Assembly: GCA_964016885.1 (NCBI GenBank)
Contig: OZ024743.1
Span: forward strand, 22,320,001-22,384,000
Source of the DNA: Eledone cirrhosa
Lineage: Eukaryota
DNA: 64,000 bases
Direction: 5' to 3'
Below, piece by piece: positions 52,322 through 64,000 of the stretch. Numbering within the stretch: the stretch's first letter is position 1; each line of letters begins with the position of its first letter. The notes below the pieces were generated by a model. It ran no database searches. It had not been told where the DNA came from and was given only the letters and a program-made list of their open reading frames with translations. Made by a program: the position numbers and the translations under genes.

Positions 52322-52712
52322 TTAAGGGACAAAATGGATTTGGAGGAAAAGAGTATTTGGGAACAAAATGGGTTTGGGGGCAAAGTGAATTTGGGGACAA
52401 GATGTGTTTGGGAACAAGATGGGTTTTGGGACAAAGAGTATTTGGGAACAAAAAGTATTTGGAGGCAAAATCTATTTGGGGGCAAGGAGTATTTGGGAAC
52501 AAAATGTATTTGGGGGCAAAGTAAATTTATGGACACGATGTGTTTGGAGGTAAAGTGTGTTTGGAAACAAAATGGGTTTGTGAGTAAAGAGTATTTGGGA
52601 ACAAGAAATGTTTGTTGGTAAAGAGCATTAGGGAACAAGATGTGTTTGAAAAGAAAATGTGTTTGGGGGCAAAGTGTATTTGGGGACAAGATGTGTATTT
52701 GGTAAAATTGTG
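52322..52712. repeat. 17-bp minisatellite, about 23 units
   Basis: Consensus TTTGGGRRCAARRTGTR; period 17 is kept through the array. Confidence 0.9.
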
Positions 52713-53092
52713 AGTATGTTAAACAAAATGTCTTGGAGTGGATTGGCAGAGATGTTCCAGCAGTGGACAAGATGATTCACAGTATTTGTTCTGACTCATT
52801 ATGTTCTGAGTTGAAATCCCACTGAAGACATCTTTACCTTTCATCCTTTAATGAAATCAATTATCAGTCCAGTACTAGGGCTTTTTTAAACAGCACCCCA
52901 CCCCTAGTTATCCCCAGATTGTTGACCTTGTGCCAATGTTAGGAAGAATTATTATCATTGTTGTTTTTATTATTTTATGGACCCTGAATGATGAAAATAT
53001 AGTAGCCATCAGGTACTGGAGCTATGTCTAATTGACATTTCCTTTCTTTCAAATTGCTGGTTTTATCCCAATCTTAGAATGAATTATTGTAA

Positions 53093-53315
<223 letters not shown>

Positions 53316-55087
53316 TGGGGGTGATGGTGGGGTGCGAGTGGTGGTAGCATCAGTATCAGCAGCAGCATGTTTAAATGAACCATAACATTTTTATACAATG
53401 AGTTGACTGACAAATGAAGAAGAGCAGTTTGTTTCCTTGCATTTTCAATTTTTAACTATTTCTTTTCTGCAATGACGCCAGAAATCACGTCAATGCAAAA
53501 CCATGGAGCAGCACTTGATATCAATTGATGTTTATGTAAAGAGAAAAAAAACTACAGACGAGATGGCATCTAATGCACTTAATTATTTAATTCATTCAGA
53601 AAGTTAAATGTTTAAAATGAGTTGTTTATTTGTAAGAAGATGGCAAATCATTTATAAGTGTGATAGCAGAATACTTTAAATATATTATTCTACAAGAAAG
53701 AAGCCTCTCATTTTGAGCAGTAGACTTAATCTGTCGCTTGGTTTACACACACCCTTTGGCTCTCAAGTGACATTAGCAGAGAAGAGTCCACTTTGTTGTA
53801 ACATTTAGGCCAGGCCTCCAGTTTGAGGATGCTTTTATCCTCCTTCTAACCAGACTTGGAGGCTTTGAGAAAAGAAAAAGTAATAAGCACACCCCTTCCC
53901 TTCCTGAATAAATGGTTATATATAATATATATATAAATGTAATCTGAGTTTTTTTAATATTAATAATAACATTCAATTTGTTTGCAATTATGCAAACAGC
54001 CTCTTTAAAGCTATGACTCCATCATTCTTGCTCTTGTGTTGGTATTTATATATATATATATATATATTTTACGATCAACTTTTGTAAAATCGAACCGAGG
54101 AAACAATGTTTCCATTGGTCTTACCAATTGCTAATACTATCTATTGGTCGCAACTCCAGGTAGAAGGAGCAACATGAAATAAAGTATCTTGCTCAAGGAC
54201 ATAACGCATTGCCCGGTCCGGGAATCGAACTCACAACCTCACGATTGCAAATCCAATTCTCTAACCACTCGGCCACACGCCTTCATATATATAAGTCTAA
54301 ATACTAATGCCTGTCTCAAGTGAGGTGGCTCATTAGGCCGGTGCTTATCCTAGTTTCCTTGGCATTAGGTGACTGGTAGGATCCCACTCCATCACAGGGT
54401 TAAACACTCAGCTACTGCTGGTACTCATTTTCAGCTGAGTGGACAAGAGCAATATGAAATGAAGTGTTTTGCTCAAGAACACATCACACAACCTTGTCCA
54501 AGAATGAAACCCATGACATTATAATCATAATTCCAACACTCTAACCACTAGGCTGTGCTCGTATCATCACCATCATCAACATCACTGTTTAACACTTAAT
54601 AGACAGGTCAGGTGAACATGTCTTGTTCATACGATATGTTTCTAACTTCATTTTCAACAGCTGGATGCATTTTCTCATGCTAATCCCCTTACAAAATTTG
54701 ACTGGGAGCTTTTTGTTATGGCACCAGTATGACCACTTTAAAGGGTAAACTGGGTATTTATTTATATATATATATATCATCATCACCGTTTTACGTCCGT
54801 TCTTCCACTCTAGCATGGGTTAGATGGGTTGTCCTGCTGTGAGCAGTGTGCGGTCGTCTGACCTTGTCTTGCTCATACGGGAACTGATTCTGGCTTGATT
54901 TCTACAGCTGGATGCCCTTCCTAACACCAACCTCATTTATAGTGAGTGCTGGGTGCTTTTTTTCCGTGGCACCTACACGTCCACTTTATAGTGTGGGCTG
55001 GGTGCTTTTCTGCAGCTGAGTAAACTGGAGCAATGTGAAATAAAGTTTCTTGCTCAAGGAAACAACACATTATCCGGTCCTATATAT

Positions 55088-55632
55088 ATATTGTTATACT
55101 TGGGGAGGGTCATATTGTTGTAATAATATTGCCAGAAATAATAACAGAACACACTCAGTGTTTGGTTCGTTTTCGCTTCTGTATCTTTTATATCTCCATA
55201 GTTAATTCATTCGGTCCTCAATGTTTATCATTGACTGACCAACAGTCAAAAATACAGATATAATATAGATATAAACACATATATATAGTCTAACAAAGTT
55301 AGACATACAATACAACAGGAGGAACATAATAGTACCACTGATGATGTTGCAGATGTGCAACGAAAGAACTTTGTTAGACTATAGATATGTATTTATATCT
55401 ATATTATATCTGTATTTTTGACTGTTGGTCAGTCAATGATAAACATTGAGGACCGAATGAATTAACTATGGAGATATAAAAGATACAGAAGCGAAAACGA
55501 ACCAAACACTGAGTGTGTTCTGTTATTATTTCTGACAATATTATTACAACAATATGACCCTCCCCAAGTATAACAATATTTGTTTTGATACACGATTTCA
55601 TATCAAAAACCTTGCAAAACAAATTCATCACT
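55088..55632 (+). mobile_element. Fold-back family copy 3 with hammerhead core in the loop (Penelope-like inverted pLTR arrangement)
   Basis: About 212-bp arms (55088-55300 / 55367-55579), 66-nt spacer, one-sided extension, (TA)n flanks. Confidence 0.8.
55330..55381 (+). ncRNA. Minimal type I hammerhead-like motif
   Basis: CUGAUGA-U-GUUGCA-GAUG-UGCAAC-GAAAG-AA-CUU: perfect 6-bp stem II, minimal stem III, weak stem I. Confidence 0.6.
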
Positions 55633-58477
55633 GATATATATATATATATATATATATAAATTAAAAAGAAGGTTGCATTGATATGGACATGTAATGCACA
55701 TGGATGATGATCGCTGGGTAAAGAAGTGCAAGGAAATCATAGTGGAAGGACACTGCAGTAGAGGTAAACCATGAAAGACCTGAGAAGATGTGATGAGAAA
55801 TCGCTGAGACTCACAGAGATGATGAAGGTACGTAACAAGTGAAGAGATACTGTGCTGAAAAGGATCTGTCCAAGCTATGCAAGCGTGGAAAAAACAAACG
55901 TAAAAATGATGATGATGCATATATTCATTTCATTTCATTCATTTCATTTTACGTCCGCTTTTCCCTGCTTGCAAGGGTGGGACGGGAACTGATTCTGGCA
56001 TGATTTCTACAGCTGGATGCCCTTCCTAACACCAACCTCGTTTACAGTGAGTGCTGGGTGCTTTTTTTGCCGTGGCACCTCCATGACCACTTTGCAGTGG
56101 AATGATAGGGACCCCAGCTGAGTAAACTGGAGCAATGTGAAATAAAGTCTCTTGCTCAAGGAAACAACACATCACCCGGTCTGAGAATTGAACTCACAAC
56201 CAATCCTCTAACCACTAAGCCATGTGCCTCCATATATATATGTATGTGTATATAAATATATATATATATATATTATATATTTATACAGTGTCCTAATAGC
56301 AATACTTACAACAGTGAAAATATATATTGATTTAACTAAAAGGTCAATAGAATATATTTTTACCTAAAAGGTCAATATATAACGTATTTTTGTAAAAGTG
56401 ATATAATAAAAAATGTTGATTGAATATGACATATGACAAGTTTAGTTGTTATAGGAATATCCTATGAAAATATAGTAAAGGCTTAGTAGTTAGGGTGTTT
56501 AACTCATGATCATAAGATCATGATTTTCATTAATGGCAAAACATGTTCTTGAATAAGGCACTATATTTCACATGACTTCATTTCACCCAGCTGACAAAAG
56601 GTAGTTGTACCTGTAGTTCAATGTGCCAGCCTTGTAACACATTGTGTTACATTCAGTCTCCCTGAGGACTATGTTAAGAGTACACATGTCTGTGTTTGTC
56701 TGTGGAAATTTCATCCACTTGTATATTGATTTTATGAGCTGGCTGTTTTATTGATTGATTATAACCAATGTAGGGCCAGCCTAATTATCAAAATATACAT
56801 AAAAAATGCTGCCTGACACATTGGACAAGCCTCTTTTTTTGTACTACAGCCTAGAGCTGCCCAATACATCGTGAGTGAATTTGGTAGATGAAAACTAAGA
56901 TGCCAGTTGTGTGTAGAGGGATGCATGTGTTTGTTTGATTTTGTTTCTTTACTTCATATGGCCCAAATATACAAAAATCCCATGACACAGTGATCACATG
57001 TGCAAAGACCCATACCTTGCTTAAAAAAAATGAATGAGGGCTAAATTCTTAGAATTCTACCTTAAAAGTTACTTTGTCTAACCCATGCCAGTATGCAAAA
57101 TTATGATAATGATCATAATTTGAATAAGAAGAGTACTGCATAAAGATATAACCATCATTTTGACTAAGTAATCTATGATCGTTTTCACGACCTCTAAGCC
57201 TGGTGAGAGAGAATGAAAACATCCACAAACTAGAAACTGAGCCAGAATATATGAAACACAGTAAACTTTGCTAAAGTTTCCAAGGGCCAGATGGTGGTGG
57301 TATTAAACTGGGCAAGCTATTCAGTAGGTCACAGTGGGAATTTGAACTCAGAATGCAAAATGCCAGACGAAATATCACAAGGCATCCTATGTGATCCTCC
57401 AGTGACACCACTAGTCCACCATCATAGACTAGTAGCTACAATTAAGTACTGAACTGGTGTGCAGTGACCCATCTAACTCATGCCAGCATAGAAAATCAAA
57501 CATAAAATGAAGAGAAAAAGCATTTTTAACCATTGTATGTTGATGTTGTTTAGCCCTAGGTCAAACGGATCAAGCAGACCTATGCTCAAAGGCATTCCAA
57601 ACAAGACAAGTTGTCTTTTTAGAAGACTACATTAACTAATACATCCTGTCTCTATATAAAAAAGTAGGGTGCAATTCAAGGGAGATTTGATTGCTATGTC
57701 TAGTAGGATGTAGAAAATGTAAGTATTCCCTTGTGTTGTATTATAAATTACTTTTTATATTTTATATTTTAATATTCTTTCTTGATTAAAAAAAACCTTT
57801 TCAAATATATCTTATAATAACATAGATTGGATGGTGCTGCAACAGCATATGTTGCCACAGCATATGCTTATCAAGAGAAGGAAGTTTTAGGCAGCTATTA
57901 TCTCATCCTTGAAATTGAATGACAATTAATTTTGAAATTAGCTAGACTAGAAAAGTGAAGTAAAAGCCTTGGTTTAAAGATAAATTTATTTTTTTATCAT
58001 CTACTGAGAAGGAAGAGTACTTACCGGCCCCTTATTATCAAGGCTACCAAGACTAGTGTAAAGAAGAGATAAAGGTATCTTCAAACTGGAGGCCTGGCCC
58101 GAATACTTGCAACAGAGTGAGTCTCACTAAAGACACCCATAGGCTGGGTGGTAGTGTTAAACTGGGTGACTGATCAACATAGTCACTGAAGGATTTGAAC
58201 TTCAAATGCAAAAGGCTGAAATGAATACTGCAAGGCATCTATCCTGTCCAACCCTCTAACAGTTTCCCCAGTTCAACACCCTTGACTGGCACTTTATCAA
58301 CTCCAGAAGGATGAAATACAAAGCTAACCTCAGCTGAATTTGAGCTCAGAATGCAAGGAGCCGAAATAGATAACATAAGGTATTTTCTCTGATCCTCAAA
58401 TGATCCTGCTAGTTCATGGCATATCTAAACTAGGAATTCAACACTTTACTTACTAATTAATAAAGTTTATAATGCAT

Positions 58478-59300
58478 CATGGCTGTGGACAAGTGTACCA
58501 CCATGCATTTTGGGAGGAAAAATCCAGCGTCCACATACTCCCTCCGCAACACTGATATCAAGAAGTCCTCTTGGGAACGTGACCTGGGCATTACTGTCAG
58601 CAGCGATTTGCGTTGGACAAAGCATGTCTCTAAGATTGTCATGAAGGCCAAGGGTGTCTTGGGATCACTCAGCAAGACCTTTGTTAGCTGCTCTCCAGCT
58701 ATCTATTTAAAGCTGTATATAGCTATGGTGCAGCCACACTTAGAATTTGCATCACCTGTCTGGAACCCCTATCTTGCTCAGAAAATTGATCTCCTGGAAA
58801 CTGTTCAGAGACGTGTAACCAAGCGAATACCCTCCATCAGGCATCTAACATACTTTGGATGCTTTGCTTCCCTGGGCATGGATACATTGAAGCTCTGATG
58901 TCTGGCAACTGACTTGGTAAACACCCACAAAATTATTAACCATCTTACCAACAACAACCCTGAGCATCTTTTTGAATTCCATGTGCCTACAAAGTCAGAA
59001 AACAGCATAGCTCTCATGACTTTTGGAAACATTTTTTCACACTTAAGTTGTTGAAGCATGGAACAAACTTCCTGCATCAGTTGTTAGCTGCCAAGACAAT
59101 GCATCCTTTAAAACCTCCATGCTGCCTGAAATTCGCCAACACTACACCTGATATCCTCCCTCCATACACACATGTATATCATGACTCATACACTGTTCAC
59201 TTTCCTGACATTTCTACATTATTCTATGTACTATATATGCACCTTTGATAAGTTGTGCACCTGAGCATTGTACACAATAATTTCATTATCATCATTATCA
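58478..59300 (+). mobile_element. 5'-truncated CR1-clade LINE
   Basis: KC..MHFG...ERDLG....DL.W..H...LY..MV.PHLEFA.PVWNP...LETVQRR, plus the same 3' UTR as 2439-2980. Confidence 0.9.
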
Positions 59301-62300
59301 TTCTTATATGAATAATATGATAATAACATAAGATAAGTTTCAAGCTAAAAACTTGACATCAAATTTAAATAAATAATTTGATTCAGTGATATGATATACA
59401 GAAAGCTACTACAACTAACTGTCGTATACTACAGACAATATTGTCTATGTATTTTATCTTGTGAGCATGCAACCAGAATTCAAGAGATAAAGCAATGTAA
59501 ATAATGAAAAATAGTTTTCTTTTTAAAAGCTGATTAAATAAATAAAAATCTGCCTAAAATAATAATGATTCAATGTGTTTTCATTAGCCTATTATTATTC
59601 ATTGTCTTTGAAACTTCAATTCCTGAAAAGGGAAGCTGCCAGATGTTAACATACTTCTTATCTATTATTTGGGGGCTTAGAAGAGATATTTAATTCTGTT
59701 TTTACTCTGGAATGAAATGTGTTTGAAATGTTAAATCTAACCAGAGTACATTCTTGTCATTATAGTACACCTCATAAATGAATAAGATATGCACTTTGTG
59801 GTGAATATCTATACATCAGAGATGAAGAAACCTTAGCCCACAATAGAAAATTTGCTCACATTCAAATTTGAAACTGTCCACTGATGGAATCTTTAAAACC
59901 CCATAAGTAAAAATAAGTAATTTAATATGAGATACAACATCTATGAATATGTAAAACTAAAGATTCAATATTTTTCTCAGTAGTGATGTCCACTACTGGG
60001 TATTTATACACTTGCAATTCCTCCTAGTACTAATTAAGTTCCTCGCCCCTTCTGTACATGTTCAGCTTCACATAAGATGGATGCCTTCACACTAGGTATT
60101 ACACACAACTTGTACTCAAACCAGTGGCCCTGATCTATTTTGTACTCTCTTTCCACTTGCTGTTGTTGAAGCCTACAAGAGCTGCTGAACTGAGCAGTAC
60201 TAGCTGATGAAAGATTTGTTGATTTTACAAAACTAGTACAGTAAGCAATGGCAAGATATTTCTATTCTACAATACTCATTTACAGCTCAGTCAACCAGGT
60301 CAAAACAGTCTCAACGGTCTAAACCAGGGATACATTATAATTACAGTATCAGAAAATTAATTGACTTTTCAAATTTTTTAGTTCATTAAATACTTCACAT
60401 AATAAAGAGGAAGAGTGAAAAAGTAGTGAAAAATGGGAATGAGGAAGATTGGAGCCAAAGAACACTCAATTGGTTGTTGTTTGTTTAGCCAACGGTCAGC
60501 CCTGGTCAATCAGACCTGTGATCAAAGACATTCTAACTATAACCATTCCATCATTTTTCCAGACAATGTATGTAGGACTACATTATCCAATGCATCCTCT
60601 CATTTTTTGTAAAAGATGTTAACATGTGATTTGAAGGGGATTTGGCTGGTATTTCTAACAGGACAGATGACAACATAGTATCTGATTATGTTGCTCCCTG
60701 TTGATTTAGCTATCCATGGTCTTATCTGAATAATATAAAAACAGCTATCAAAAACATTTTTGTTAAAGAGAAATTGGTAAGTGTTTTAATTCTATTTGTT
60801 GTGCACCTAAATCGATACAGAACAGATAAGAAACCTATGATATTTGATCACAGATTTGATTATATAGAAGGAAAGGTACATTGTATAATGTATAGCCCTA
60901 AGTACGGGAAGAAAAGACAAGATTATCATGACTGGATTAGCTTTGATTATAGGACTGTACAGATAGGTTTGATCTGGGGCTAAACAGCAATTAAGAGGAG
61001 ATTAGATGAACAGTGAAACAAGAGATTGCTAGTATATAATAGTCCTAATTAAATTTTTTAATTACTTAGGAGTTCATTAGTGTATGGTTTTACATTTAAA
61101 TCTGGTGAGGAATGTTGTCTATACCAGTTTGGGATTGTATACTTGAGAAAATATTTGACTGTAATGGAATTCCTTATTTTAGCTTTTTCTTGGTTGTAAA
61201 TCATCCAGCTACTACAATACTACTGGTTTCAGTGACTTGACTGTGACCATGCCTGGGAACACCTTCACATTCAATATCTTTGGTTTACAAGACCAGCTCT
61301 CTAAATACTGAATTGAATGAGGAAATTAGTTGTCTTACATCATAAAAATTGTGTCGAAATGTCAATTGAACTGGTGCTAAGCTTTCTGTAAGTCAACTTA
61401 CATTTATTAACCAAATATATACTTCGTCGGTAGATAATCTAACTTTGATTGGTATTTATATCATCTGCAGACAAAATATATATTTGGTTAATAAATATGT
61501 CGACTTAAAGATGGCTTAGTACCTGTTCAAGTGACATTTATAAAGAATGCTTATAATACAAAACTAAATGCCTCCTTTAGCTCAATGTTAATAGAACTAG
61601 TTTTGTAAACCAGAGATATGAAGTTTGATTAGTGATACTACTTGTCTATCAAAGTTACTATTCCCAAAGAATCTGCAACATATCTACTATTGTAGACAGC
61701 TAAATGAACTTCTCCTTGCCACCAACATCAACATCATTGAGAGATAGTATTTGCCCTCAGCAGGTTGAATACCATGTATTGCTATAATGCTATTCATGGT
61801 AAACTAAAGGGGTGTTAATAGTGGAGCTTTAATACTTTCAAAGGCCTCCAACAGACACTGTAAAGCATTCCATCTGCTACTTTAATGATTCTGTCAGTCC
61901 ACTACCCTAGATTAGTATTTTATTTCTCAGCACCGAAAAGATGAAAGTCAATGTAAACTACTTAGAACCTAAAGAATCAGAATAAATATCAAAATGCATT
62001 TTGTATGATAGTCTAAGGCTTCTGCCATTGTCCAGCTGTTAAGTGGACTAAGGAAATTAAATTAAGTGCATTTCTCTGAAACAATAATATGGCAGCAGGC
62101 GAATTTGGATACAAAAAAACACTGAGTTGCTAACACAATATACAAAATTGTGACATCCAACTTCATCAAGCAAAGATGGGATGTGAACTAGTAATAACTC
62201 AAGGGATGATTAAAACAGTGCAGCTGCTTCGATGAGATTCAAACCCATATTGATTCTCAAATAAAGTAGTTTATTTATATTTAAGCTGTCTTTCTGAAAG

Positions 62301-64000
62301 ACCAGACCTTCACTCTCACTTTGGGATTGTATGTATGTATGAACCCATGACTTTTAACTGACTTTTCAAATTTTTAGTTCATGTAGTGACATGCAGCATT
62401 TCATGGACATTTTAAACCTGGCAGAGTCTATCCCTTTCTAGGTGTGAACACAGCTAATTTCTTTCAGTGAAAAAGAGAGATTGATAGATAGAAAATGAGG
62501 ATAGAGGTAGAGAAGAATTGACTCCAGTACTAAACTGGTATTTTTTATCAACCTTAAATGATTGAAATGTAATGTTGGCCTCAGCAGGATTTAAACTCAG
62601 GGCTCAAAGAGCTGGATCGAATACTGCAAAGCATTCTATTCCATGTTCTAATGAGTCTTCCAATTTGCTGCCTTCACTTTGGGATTATAGGGTTTTTTTT
62701 TAATTCTTCTCAGTATACAATCAACAACAATAAATGAAAAAGAAAAAAAATGACTATAGCCAGACAAAGAAATTCAGGAAACAAACTGAAAGATAATATC
62801 CAAATAACTTAAATTCAGCCTGTGTCCTTCCAATACTAGACATAGAGACTAAAGTGTGGCTACTAAGTTGCTGTCATTTAATGACTAACTAGATTATCTC
62901 AATATAAGGTTCCATGTATGTACTTGCTGACCTCAGGTGCTTGGTTGAAATATGAACAGGTGCCAAGAAAATAGTTAAAATAGGATAATAAAAGATACAG
63001 AAAAAAAAAATAATTAGCAAAGGTTCAGTAAAGAAACTGATTTTATTATGAATAATTCTATCTTTGGGGTAGTTGTCAGTCTGCTGATAAATGATTGTTT
63101 AGGGTGGGAATGAAAGATATAAGATTCAAACTATCTGTAACAATTAAATTTCTGACAGCTACCTATCTCATTAGAAGTAAGGGTGTGCTATGTAGAAAAT
63201 AAAGTAATAGGTTTACAGAGTGTTGCCAAAGTTGAATTATTTTGCTACTATAAATAGCATGGAAGATACTGATTCCATATTTTAGATATAAATATTGAAA
63301 TATAGAAGTCAGTAAGCATTGAAAAACATAGCTGCAGCATGTATCCATTATTAAATAAAAGTTAGCTAAAACCACTTTGCTCCAAACCCTTTTTTGTAGT
63401 TCAAATTCTCAAGTCCCCTACCCATGCAGTTGTCATCTTCATTTGATTCCAGAAATTGATGGCCACAATCCTCTGCCACCTATTTCAACTTTTGTAATCA
63501 GTTGTGATCCCATAGTCAGGTGATCAGCTCAAGTTATAAGTGGGTTTTGAATCCTGATGCAGAATTTGAACTCAGAGCACAAAGTGCCAGAAAAGATCCT
63601 GCGAAGCATCTTGTACAACACTAACAATTCTGCTAATCCACAGCAATGGATATGTACCCCAAAAAATGACTGACAAAGTTGACCTCTATGGAAAATTTGA
63701 ACTCGGAGCACAGAGCCAGAACAAATGCCACAAAATATTCTATCAGATGCACTTATAACTGGCAATTCACTCACTTGAAGCAGTAGAGATTTTGAAGTGG
63801 ATTTTTGTTAGGGTCAACATTGCCTTTCATACTTCAATAAAATAACTCCCTGTTAGGTATTTTCTGGGGGAGGGAGGGTTACAAAAGATGATAGAGTGCT
63901 ACTCTAGGGGCCTTCCAGTATTTAATTTTATACCTATACATTCCGTGATGAAATCCTTGTAGGTTGAGTTTGCTATTTGAGTTTTCAGAGTTGATAAATA

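Noticed and set aside
52270-52770. 166-aa and 105-aa repetitive ORFs, or a CRISPR-like array
   Set aside because: By-products of the 17-bp tandem repeat; no unique spacers, no cas genes, eukaryotic context.
61402-61464. 63-nt minus-strand segment with good splice signals (ctgcag| ... |gtaagt) as a candidate upstream PDE exon
   Set aside because: Stops in all three frames and no PDE similarity; at most a poison exon, unsupported without RNA data.

Overview
AT-rich, microsatellite- and transposon-dense animal genomic DNA. The repeat content (tRNA-derived SINEs, RTE LINEs with (GAT)n tails) is typical of an octopod cephalopod; this is an inference. The window lies inside one minus-strand gene. 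Eight GT-AG exons (49438-49545, 43872-43981, 41126-41213, 22273-22373, 14903-14983, 11673-11736, 5509-5583, 3490-3573) splice in frame into most of the catalytic domain of a class I cyclic-nucleotide phosphodiesterase of the PDE5/6/11 group, most like PDE11. I found no further exons in the window on either side. The introns hold RTE and CR1 LINEs, two SINE families, a Helitron, hAT and piggyBac-like MITEs and a fold-back mariner. The most unusual signals are: (i) a 528-bp, 1.6-copy non-coding unit with hammerhead-ribozyme-like motifs on both strands, starting about 3 nt from the predicted cleavage site; (ii) a family of long palindromic elements, one with a hammerhead core in its loop; (iii) a PHD-type zinc finger inside the RT region of all four well-preserved RTE ORF2 copies; (iv) a length-invariant 17-bp palindromic minisatellite; (v) many long inverted repeats able to form dsRNA in the PDE pre-mRNA.
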